Shown here: positions 30,428 to 38,052 of the stretch, piece after piece
How positions within the stretch are numbered: the stretch's first letter is position 1
How the letters are laid out: every line of letters starts with the position of its first letter
From: Candidatus Omnitrophota bacterium
GTDB lineage: Bacteria; Omnitrophota; Gorgyraeia; Gygaellales; UBA12090
Direction of reading: 5' to 3'
Length of the DNA: 64,000 bases
Assembly: GCA_030674475.1 (NCBI GenBank)
Contig: JAUSCZ010000017.1
Location: 110,755 to 174,754, forward strand
Notes under the pieces: model-generated
The model's database searches: none
What the model saw: the letters and a program-made list of their open reading frames with translations, nothing else
What the model was told of the DNA's origin: nothing
Program-made: the position numbers and the translations under genes

Positions 30428-30599
30428 TCTTAATTTTGGTTTCTTTAAAGTTCTGGGTGGGTCAATTCATTCGTTGACCGCAAAGCCACTTTTTTACCCC
30501 TCCCCGCCTCCCCTTGGTAAGGGGAGGATTTCAAATAACTTACCCTCTTGAAATTCCAAAGAGCCAAAACTTCCTCGCGTTCAACATTAAGGTAACATT

Positions 30600-31529
30600 T
30601 TAACCAGCGTATAATTCAATATCTAACAGATCTAATACGCTGGCGATAGGATTCAGGATGGTTATCTGCTCGGAGCCGGCGAAGAGGAGGCCTACGGCGC
30701 GCTGTTTCATATCCAAGACTAAAGAGCCGGAGTCGCCGCCTTGAGACATATTGGTGGCGATGATTTGGTTGCGGAACAAGGCGACCTGATTGTCGTAATT
30801 AACCTTTACGGTGGCGCTGATGTCTTTGATTTTACCGGTGGTGTAGCCGGTGGTGCGGCCGGATTTCTGAATCGGCATTCCCAATTTTGCTTTAGCAACG
30901 CCTTGGGGTGAGCCGATCAACATAATCTCGGGCTTCACATCGCCGGCATTCTTAGGCCTGGCCAGGGCGGCATCTATCAAGTTGACCTCTTTGCCGAATC
31001 CAATCTCAATCCAGTTTTCTAAATAGCCAATTATGTCTTTAGGCTTCTTGCCGCCATCGTAAGGGCCGGGCTGGAGGATGGGGTCGCCCTTTTTAGCCTT
31101 ATTGGAATTGGCCAGGACGTGGTTATTGCTTAAGATAAAAACTTTTCCGCTCTTTTTGTCTTTTACCAGACAACCCAGGGTTCCGGCGGTTATCTGGTAA
31201 TGGCCGAGGGATACTCCACCTGGGGCCGGACGGAAGCGTCCGGAATTACCTTGTGGTGAGCGCGGTCGAACCACCTGGGCAACGATTTTACCAACTTCTT
31301 CCACATCGGTTTCAATACGCGCGATTTCCTGAGGGATGAGTTCTTTCTTGGCTAACTTTTTCGCGCTGAGCTTTTTCTGCACATAAATCTTCAGGCATAA
31401 TCTGCCTTGAGAAAAGCCGCCTCTGATCTTTTCGCCGATGCCCACGCCAACCACATTGGATTTGGCTAATAATTCGTCTTCGCTTTGCCTTAAGGCATTA
31501 GCTACAACTTGGTTAGTAATTTTTTCCAC
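30600..31529 (-). CDS. Chymotrypsin-fold (S1 family) serine peptidase with an N-terminal domain of about 85 aa of unknown function (pro-domain-like). It has a GTG start.
   Basis: Catalytic triad candidates are SNNHVL (His), IDAAL (Asp) and GDSGS (Ser). An RBS, AAAGAGGAG, lies 8 nt upstream of the GTG. Confidence 0.55.
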   Translation of the reverse strand: MEKITNQVVANALRQSEDELLAKSNVVGVGIGEKIRGGFSQGRLCLKIYVQKKLSAKKLAKKELIPQEIARIETDVEEVGKIVAQVVRPRSPQGNSGRFRPAPGGVSLGHYQITAGTLGCLVKDKKSGKVFILSNNHVLANSNKAKKGDPILQPGPYDGGKKPKDIIGYLENWIEIGFGKEVNLIDAALARPKNAGDVKPEIMLIGSPQGVAKAKLGMPIQKSGRTTGYTTGKIKDISATVKVNYDNQVALFRNQIIATNMSQGGDSGSLVLDMKQRAVGLLFAGSEQITILNPIASVLDLLDIELYAG

Positions 31530-31547
31530 TTGAAAATCTCCTCTTTA

Positions 31548-31650
31548 GTGCGATAAATCGCACCGCTACGCGACACGAATGATCCTATCTCTATTTTCAT
31601 GCTCATTAGTGCCCCGCCTCTGACGGGGCATGACTGTTTCATTTTATTTT
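31548..31650 (-). repeat. Family-1 intergenic element (about 100 bp) that contains the palindrome GTGCGATAAATCGCAC. Copy 1 of 5.
   Basis: It is about 85% identical to 36478-36572. The palindrome sits about 20 nt upstream of the protease start codon. Confidence 0.55.
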
Positions 31651-31728
31651 CTTTTAATGCGGGAATATTGCTTCGTCGCAAAAAACGCTCCTCGCAAAGA
31701 CACGAGATACCCTTGCTATGCTTGTTAT

Positions 31729-31992
31729 TCACAGAACTTTTGACACTACTTGGGCTTTTAATCTGCCTACTTCTTCCACGTCTGTTTCTATGCCGTTTAG
31801 CTTTTGAGGAATCAACTCATTTTTTTTCAATTTGCTTTTGGGTATCTTTTTCCGGACGTAAATTTTAATGCATTGTCTTTGGGTGGAAATACCTTTTATT
31901 ATTTTAGTGCCAATTCCCACTCCGACCACATTGGGGTTAAGAAGCAATTCTTCCTCATACTGCTCCTTAACCCTTTGAATATTCATTCTCAC
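31729..31992 (-). CDS. Stand-alone paralog of the N-terminal domain of the S1 peptidase encoded at 30600..31529.
   Basis: Its NVVGVGIG...IKIYVRKK...ELIPQ...GIETDVEEVG aligns with residues of about 25-95 of the peptidase (NVVGVGIG...LKIYVQKK...ELIPQ...IETDVEEVG). Confidence 0.45.
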   Translation of the reverse strand: MRMNIQRVKEQYEEELLLNPNVVGVGIGTKIIKGISTQRQCIKIYVRKKIPKSKLKKNELIPQKLNGIETDVEEVGRLKAQVVSKVL

Positions 31993-32034
31993 TTAAAGAT
32001 AAATTCCATCCTGGATAACTCAAAACCTTATTCA

Positions 32035-32256
32035 TCAAAGAAGCATCTTTTTATCTATCATTTTACGAAAAGGACGGCGGATATGGCCGATAAAATCATT
32101 ATAATCGTTTAAAAAATCAATAAATTTATCCAAATCAACAACGCCGTGGACTAAAAAAGGATTGTGGCGATTACCGGCCATTATTCTAAAATCCTCCCGT
32201 ATCCGCTCAGAATGAGCCATTTCCAGCAACTCTCTCTTATCTTGGTCGCTAAGCAT
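32035..32256 (-). CDS. Hypothetical small protein (73 aa counted from the internal Met MLSDQDKREL...), coupled to the upstream nucleotidyltransferase-like gene.
   Basis: The ORF-track start at 32319 overlaps the upstream gene by 71 bp. The internal Met gives an 8-bp overlap, typical of a TA-like pair. Confidence 0.3.
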   Translation of the reverse strand: MLSDQDKRELLEMAHSERIREDFRIMAGNRHNPFLVHGVVDLDKFIDFLNDYNDFIGHIRRPFRKMIDKKMLL

Positions 32257-32788
32257 AGTATTTATTCTTATATTCCTGATATTTATGTCCCAAATCAAAC
32301 AAGGTAAAATACTCCTCAAGCAACGGCCAGTCTAAATTCTTCTTATAAAGCCCAAGCAAAGATTCTATGTCAAAATATTCCTGGGAAGTCCTGGTTTCGT
32401 CATTGGCTAAGGCCTGTATTTTTAATCCGATTACATCTTCCGGCCTTAACACTTTTACTGTCCGGGAAAATATCTCTTTGTCTTGAGCCCTCTCCAACAT
32501 CTTATAAGAGATATTCCTATGCGCCAAAATAAAGTCTATTTCACCAAAAATCTTTGCCTGGCAAACGTATTGGGCTACCTCATCGCTTTTATATACACAC
32601 TGGTAACCGTGTATCCGCATAATCTTATCCACCTTTTCCAAATCGCCGCGGTGGATAATAAAATCCAAGTCAATGGTTGCCCGGTGAACTCCTAATGCCC
32701 CCAAAGCGAATCCGCCTATCAACGCCCAGCGGATATTTTCTCTGGAGAAATCCTCTTCTATCAATCTTAAGACTGCCCGAAAATCCAT
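32249..32788 (-). CDS. Nucleotidyltransferase-fold protein (AbiEii-like/DUF-type NTase).
   Basis: The motif ALIGGFALGALGVHRATIDLDFII matches the GG...R.T.DLD nucleotidyltransferase signature. Confidence 0.45.
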   Translation of the reverse strand: MDFRAVLRLIEEDFSRENIRWALIGGFALGALGVHRATIDLDFIIHRGDLEKVDKIMRIHGYQCVYKSDEVAQYVCQAKIFGEIDFILAHRNISYKMLERAQDKEIFSRTVKVLRPEDVIGLKIQALANDETRTSQEYFDIESLLGLYKKNLDWPLLEEYFTLFDLGHKYQEYKNKYYA

Positions 32789-33066
32789 TATGCGGTTCGT
32801 CTGTATTTGTAATACAAAAAGAGCGCGCTTAAAAGCGTGAGCAAGGTAACGGCATTAGCCAAAATAATGATATAATCTTTCAAATATATCCCGTATATCA
32901 TCCAAAGGCTCACCCCCAGGGAAAGCTGAATTAAGGTTACCAGGCTTATATCTTTAGCCGACTTGGTGGTATGCATCTTTACGACCTGGGGTATAAAGGC
33001 GAAGCTGGTCAGGCCAGCGGCTATCACGCCAATCAGTTTCCAGAACATTTTGTAAACCTCATTCAC
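32788..33066 (-). CDS. SemiSWEET / PQ-loop (MtN3-like) small sugar transporter.
   Basis: It is 92 aa with 3 TM helices and the PQ motif (FIPQVVKMHTTKSAKDIS). Confidence 0.5.
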   Translation of the reverse strand: MNEVYKMFWKLIGVIAAGLTSFAFIPQVVKMHTTKSAKDISLVTLIQLSLGVSLWMIYGIYLKDYIIILANAVTLLTLLSALFLYYKYRRTA

Positions 33067-33106
33067 CCCCGAGGAGCAGTAAAAACTGCACCTCGGGGGT
33101 GTTTAG
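33052..33106. repeat. Copy 2 of the 55-bp CACCCCCGAG...CTCGGGGGTG hairpin element. It overlaps the last about 12 codons of ORF 33063..34583.
   Basis: It matches 29501-29555. The hairpin encodes the C-terminal HPRGAVFTAPRG of the radical SAM ORF. Confidence 0.45.
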
Positions 33107-34583
33107 ATCTATGCCTAAAGTCAAAGATATGACCGAAAACCCTGGGAATGGCACGTAGGAAATAGTTCGCGTCAGCTAAGCTAGATATTGACCTTAAGCG
33201 GTTATAGATAAATTCCGGATTAAAGGCGATTCCGTAGAGTGAGCGCACTAAGCGCATAATTTTCTCATCTCCTATCGGATTAGTCATTACCGGCTGTTTC
33301 ATATCATATTCCTGCCAGTCTAAGGTTTTCAACCAGCCATTGGTCTTACATTCTTCAAATAAGGGCGAGCCCGGATAAGGAATCACCACTGTGGACTGCA
33401 CGGTGTAGGCATAGCCTTTTCTCAATAGATACTTTCCTAATTTTAAGGTATTTAGAGCCTCCGGATAGGTCTCCCAAGGATAGCCGAACATAATGGTAAT
33501 ATGGGGATAAAGCCCGCATTTACGCGCCGTCTTACAGGATTCAATTATATTCTCTACCTGGACATTCTTGTTTATCCTATTCAGGGTATTTTGATTGGCT
33601 GATTCTATGCCGAACAATAAAAGGCGAAAACCCGCCCTTTTCATCAGGCGATATTCATCCGCGGATAAAGCCCCGAAGCGCATATTACAGTCCAGATTTA
33701 CCTTACGGCTATAGCCCCGCTCGATCATCCCCTCACAAAAATCCCTTAACCACTCGCCGGCCGGAAAGGTGCCGGAGTCATCCATAATTTCTTTTACCGC
33801 GCATTTATCTATCAATTCTCCAATTTCATCCAGGACATTGTTTACCGAACGGCTGCGGAATTTATTATACAAGGTCGGCCAAGAACAAAAACTGCATTTT
33901 CCCCACCAACAGTCCCGGCCAGACATAATGTAGGTACCGGGAACGCGCTTGTAATTACCATTCTCATAGGCATAATTCTGCCATTTGGTCAGGTCCCGGT
34001 CAATAAAAGGGACGTTGTCTAAGTCGTGGTTTAGCTGGAACTTGCCGGTGTTTCTAACCTGTCCATCTCCGCGATAATAGATTCCAGGCTCTAATTTGGT
34101 TGATAGTTGATAGTTGATAGTTGATATCTTAGATTCGTTTAAAATATTACATAGATTTAATAATAAGAAGTCATAATCCCCTCCGGTAAGCACATAGTCA
34201 ACCTGGCTGTTCTGAAAAGACTCTTCTGATAAGGCAGTGACATGGTCACCAAACAGAACACACTTGAGATTTGAGATTTGAGATTTGAGACTGTTAATTA
34301 TCTGCCAATGCTCTTGGACTACCGGGGTTTTGGTTTCAAAGGCTACTACATCGGGCTTTTCTTTAGCGATAAATTGATAAAATTGTTCCTTAGTCCATCC
34401 TTCAGCAATGCAGTCCTTCCAAATCACCTCATAACCGGCTTGTTTTAAAAGGGTTGCCGCGCTGGCCGGGACTACCGGATAAATATAGGTGGGTTTCTTA
34501 AAATACTGAAACTGGCGGTTTTGGGATAATAAAGGAATGCCTTTGGATGTACCTAACGGCGGATATCCGATAAAAATCTTCAT
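33063..34583 (-). CDS. B12-binding (class B) radical SAM protein.
   Basis: Motifs FGDHVT, MSGRDCWWGKCSFCSW, GIESAN and IPYPGSPLF are present. Confidence 0.65.
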   Translation of the reverse strand: MKIFIGYPPLGTSKGIPLLSQNRQFQYFKKPTYIYPVVPASAATLLKQAGYEVIWKDCIAEGWTKEQFYQFIAKEKPDVVAFETKTPVVQEHWQIINSLKSQISNLKCVLFGDHVTALSEESFQNSQVDYVLTGGDYDFLLLNLCNILNESKISTINYQLSTKLEPGIYYRGDGQVRNTGKFQLNHDLDNVPFIDRDLTKWQNYAYENGNYKRVPGTYIMSGRDCWWGKCSFCSWPTLYNKFRSRSVNNVLDEIGELIDKCAVKEIMDDSGTFPAGEWLRDFCEGMIERGYSRKVNLDCNMRFGALSADEYRLMKRAGFRLLLFGIESANQNTLNRINKNVQVENIIESCKTARKCGLYPHITIMFGYPWETYPEALNTLKLGKYLLRKGYAYTVQSTVVIPYPGSPLFEECKTNGWLKTLDWQEYDMKQPVMTNPIGDEKIMRLVRSLYGIAFNPEFIYNRLRSISSLADANYFLRAIPRVFGHIFDFRHRSKHPRGAVFTAPRG

Positions 34584-34601
34584 ATAGAAATATCCTCGTA
34601 A

Positions 34602-34660
34602 GTGCGATAAATCGCACCGCTACTTTGTCTGGTGCCCTGGCAAGCCCTATTCACTGACAC
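34602..34660 (-). repeat. Family-1 element copy 2 (GTGCGATAAATCGCAC palindrome about 20 nt upstream of the radical SAM start codon).
   Basis: GTGCGATAAATCGCACCGCTAC is conserved; the internal part is divergent. Confidence 0.5.
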
Positions 34661-34664
34661 ATTA

Positions 34665-35735
34665 TCATTCTTCCTTTAATCTCCAAGAAGACAGGCCTTT
34701 TATGAAATAAATTCCGTAAACTAAATGACTAAATATTATACCCCAAAAGACCAGGAAAATCAAACGGAAGTCTTCTTTTATAGTAGGCGCCCAACTATCA
34801 AAAGAAACTCGCGCTACTCCCCCTCCCCTGGCCCCTCCCACAAGGGGAGGGGAAATTTGGAAAGAGGGTTTGCTCCGGATAACTAAAGGATTACCTTTTA
34901 TAGTAAAAACAAGTACGCTAATAAGATAAAAAGATAGTAATAAAAAATAGGGATAGGTTAAGGTGGGATTTAATAAAGAAACAACTCTGCCGAAAAATAA
35001 TCCTAAAACAAAAAAAGACGGCAGAAAATAAGTAAACTTAAATGAAGTCTCTGGGAATCTTTTTACGAAATATCCCCGATGCAAGGCGTAATTGGCAATC
35101 TGTTTTAGGTGCCCTTTAAACAGGCTGCGGCGATGATGATAGACTAAAACCCGCGGATCGTAGATGATTTTCTTTTTTAAATCCCGGACGATTTTCAGGC
35201 ATAAGAAGGTGTCTTCGCCGGGCCAGAACTTAGTATTAAAACCTCCTAACGCGAGCATTATTGATTTGCGAACCAAGAAATTGCAAGACGGATAATCATC
35301 CACAAATCTTTGCGGGCGGGGTAAGCAGCGGTAAACATACTGGCCGCTCATTAGATATGAGCTGTATACCCGGCCGCTGGCCTTCTGCATCAGGGAATCT
35401 GTTTCCGGGGTGACTGCCGGCCCGCCTACCGCTGCGATTTCAGGATTGGTAAAATGCTTTAGCGCTAAAGATAACCAGTCTTCAGCCGGATAGGCATCGT
35501 CATCGAGAAAGGCTATTATCTCACCCCTGGCCTGGGATAAAGCCAGATCTCTCTTTATGGGTGGAGTTACCACGCCGGTAGGGATAACTCTGGTTTTGGG
35601 ATAATTTAGGATTAATTCATTATCCGGCAAAACCAAAATCTCAAAATCGGGATAATCTAACCTAAGGCAGTTTTCAATGCACTCCCTAAGATTGGGATTA
35701 TCCCCTTTTACGGCGACGATAATCGAAACGGTCAT
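34665..35735 (-). CDS. GT2-family glycosyltransferase with a C-terminal membrane anchor.
   Basis: Motifs VSIIVAVKGDNPN and FLDDDA (DxD) are present. C-terminal TM helices follow. An in-frame GC-rich palindromic insert lies at 34820-34856. Confidence 0.6.
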   Translation of the reverse strand: MTVSIIVAVKGDNPNLRECIENCLRLDYPDFEILVLPDNELILNYPKTRVIPTGVVTPPIKRDLALSQARGEIIAFLDDDAYPAEDWLSLALKHFTNPEIAAVGGPAVTPETDSLMQKASGRVYSSYLMSGQYVYRCLPRPQRFVDDYPSCNFLVRKSIMLALGGFNTKFWPGEDTFLCLKIVRDLKKKIIYDPRVLVYHHRRSLFKGHLKQIANYALHRGYFVKRFPETSFKFTYFLPSFFVLGLFFGRVVSLLNPTLTYPYFLLLSFYLISVLVFTIKGNPLVIRSKPSFQISPPLVGGARGGGVARVSFDSWAPTIKEDFRLIFLVFWGIIFSHLVYGIYFIKGLSSWRLKEE

Positions 35736-36459
35736 AGTATCTTAAGATATAAGCCCTATACCAAACAGCCATAGTGTCCCGCCAGGTAATCCAGATAGAA
35801 TTCATACCTATCCTGCCATAGCGCTGAGTATCCAGCACAATCGGGGCCTCGGCAATCCGATAACCCAACTGGTGCACATTGACCAAAATCTCCAGGTCAT
35901 AACCAAAGGCCTTAACCAGAATCCGGGGAAAAACTCTTTGCAATACCTCATACTTAAATAATTTCAAGCCGGTCTGGGTGTCCCTTATGGGCAGGCCGAA
36001 GAATATCTTAATTAGAAAAAAATAGACGCCGCTGATAATTCTGCGGTCTAAGGGATAATCCAGCCGGGAATTGGGATGGCGCTTGGAACCGATTACCACA
36101 TCGGCATCATCCAAACGCATAATGTCAAAAAAAGTCTGCAGCTGCGCCGGATGCAATTCCATATCCGCGTCTAAAAATACCACATAATCCCCTGAGCACT
36201 GCCGAAAACCAACCTTGAGCGCCCGGCCCTTGCCCCGGTTAGTTTTGAGCTGTTTGACAATTATGTTCGAATGTTGCCTTGAAACCTTTAAGGCATTTTG
36301 AAAGGTATCATCACTGCTTCCGTCATCAACTACGATTAACTCATATTTACAGCCGAAATCATTAAAAACCCGGATGGTCTCATTAAGGCTTTCCGCGATA
36401 ACGCCGGCCTCGTTATAGGCCGGAATAATTACCGAAATCTTTCCTTTAATGTTTTTCAT
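35698..36459 (-). CDS. GT2 glycosyltransferase, polyprenol-phosphate sugar synthase (DPM1-like).
   Basis: Motifs ISVIIPAYNEAGVI and FLDADM are present, and the protein is about 250 aa. Confidence 0.7.
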   Translation of the reverse strand: MKNIKGKISVIIPAYNEAGVIAESLNETIRVFNDFGCKYELIVVDDGSSDDTFQNALKVSRQHSNIIVKQLKTNRGKGRALKVGFRQCSGDYVVFLDADMELHPAQLQTFFDIMRLDDADVVIGSKRHPNSRLDYPLDRRIISGVYFFLIKIFFGLPIRDTQTGLKLFKYEVLQRVFPRILVKAFGYDLEILVNVHQLGYRIAEAPIVLDTQRYGRIGMNSIWITWRDTMAVWYRAYILRYYDRFDYRRRKRG

Positions 36460-36477
36460 CCGAAAATCACCTTACAG

Positions 36478-36652
36478 GTGCGATAAATCGCACCGCTACA
36501 CGACACGGACGATTCAAACTCTATTTTCATACTCATTGGTACCGCGCCTTTGGCGGGGCATGACTGTTTCATTTGAAAATCCCCTTACCGGTGCGATAAA
36601 TCGCACCGCTACGCGGCTACCACGCCTTTGTCTGGGCATGACTGTTTCATTT
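36478..36652 (-). repeat. Family-1 elements, copies 3 and 4 in tandem (36478-36572 and 36590-36652).
   Basis: Each has GTGCGATAAATCGCACCGCTAC...GGGCATGACTGTTTCATTT. Copy 4 has an internal deletion. Confidence 0.55.
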
Positions 36653-37878
36653 TAGGCTTTTTGATATAATGCCGACCTTAGGTTTAAGCCAAACATCACA
36701 ACCGAGCCTGCCAGCATAATTCCTAAGACCCAAATGGTTGTGGTATGAAAAAGGCAAATCGCGATAATCTGCGCGAGCGCGATTATTACTAATGGCCGGA
36801 TAAAATTATACCTCTCAACCGATAACTGATACACAAATAAAACATTGCTTAAGGCGTAAAAAAGCATCGCCAAGCTAAAGAACCTCCCCAGGAGCACTAT
36901 TTCTTTAGTGGCCTGTCCGGTGAGCAGGCCGAATATTACTTCAGGAAATAAATTATATATGACCACCGCGGAAAAACTTAAGACAAAGGTATAAAACAAG
37001 CTACGTTTTAAGATTTCCTGGGAGCTGGTTTTGAGCGCGTGCAGGCCGGATACCCGCGAAAACATTACCGCGTAGATTACCCCGGGCAAAAAAAGTATAA
37101 TTTTTCCGATCATCTGGGCAATCGAATAATCCTGAACTTCAGTTAAAAAGAAATGTTTCACCAAAACCAAATCAATATTGGTAACCAGGGTGAAACATAA
37201 AGAAACCATCAAAACCGGAAAAATATACGCGTAGAGCTGTTTGGTTTCTATCTTCTCTTTTGACCTGCCCTTGATTAAGAATCTTAGCGGCCACAGGCAC
37301 AATACTATGCCTATTGCCGTGGAAAGAAGAAAACCGGTTAAGCCGGCCAAGAGCGTATCGCTTATACTTTTTATCAGGGCAACTGAAAAGAGCAGTTTTG
37401 AAAAACCGGCCACAACCCCGATTATAGCCAGCCATTTGAATTTTTCTAAGCCCTGCAAGCCCCCGGTTACTACCGAAGATAGGCAGACAAGAAAGAAGAT
37501 CAGACTTAAAATAGTAATACTTCCCAGGGAATCCAGATGTAAAAATGAAGCGATATTCCTCCTCAAAAGAACAATCAAAATAAATACAACCAGACTAAAA
37601 CAAAACGTATCCGCGGCTATTTTTCGCCAAACCGCCTTTAGGTGTTCCAGCTTTTTTCGGGCATTATAAGCGGAAACGTGCTTGGTAACCATAGTAGTAA
37701 AAGCCGCCGCGGGAACCGCGATAATAGCTAATAATGCTATCAGAGAATTTAAAGAGGCGAACTTATCTTTAGGCATCAGTCTAAGCATAGTCAATTGATA
37801 AAGCAGGTTAAAAAAGGAAGAAATGCTGGAGGCGGCAAACATAATGATGGTATTTTTGGCAAAGCTGTCTAAGCGCAT
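36652..37878 (-). CDS. Oligosaccharide flippase (Wzx/MOP-superfamily polysaccharide biosynthesis protein).
   Basis: The protein is 408 aa with about 12 TM helices and sits within the glycan locus. Confidence 0.55.
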   Translation of the reverse strand: MRLDSFAKNTIIMFAASSISSFFNLLYQLTMLRLMPKDKFASLNSLIALLAIIAVPAAAFTTMVTKHVSAYNARKKLEHLKAVWRKIAADTFCFSLVVFILIVLLRRNIASFLHLDSLGSITILSLIFFLVCLSSVVTGGLQGLEKFKWLAIIGVVAGFSKLLFSVALIKSISDTLLAGLTGFLLSTAIGIVLCLWPLRFLIKGRSKEKIETKQLYAYIFPVLMVSLCFTLVTNIDLVLVKHFFLTEVQDYSIAQMIGKIILFLPGVIYAVMFSRVSGLHALKTSSQEILKRSLFYTFVLSFSAVVIYNLFPEVIFGLLTGQATKEIVLLGRFFSLAMLFYALSNVLFVYQLSVERYNFIRPLVIIALAQIIAICLFHTTTIWVLGIMLAGSVVMFGLNLRSALYQKA

Positions 37879-38052
37879 ATTTTTATATTAAGAATTAAGG
37901 AAGGAGAAAACGGGTATGTTGTATACCTTTGCGTAATTTAAGTGTCCTTCACATTGTGCCGCGATACACTTTTTTTACAGATAGGCGGGACTTTCCTGTC
38001 CCGCATCGTCGAGGCGGGGTTAGAAAACCCCGCCTATCCTAAAGGATATATA

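Noticed and set aside
31502-31732. 76-aa ORF and a conserved MKQSCP..MSMKIE..SGAIYRT peptide encoded by family-1 element copies (leader peptide?).
   Set aside because: There is no RBS in any copy. Copy 4 terminates after 13 codons. Substitutions between copies are not biased toward synonymous changes. It is treated as a non-coding repeat.
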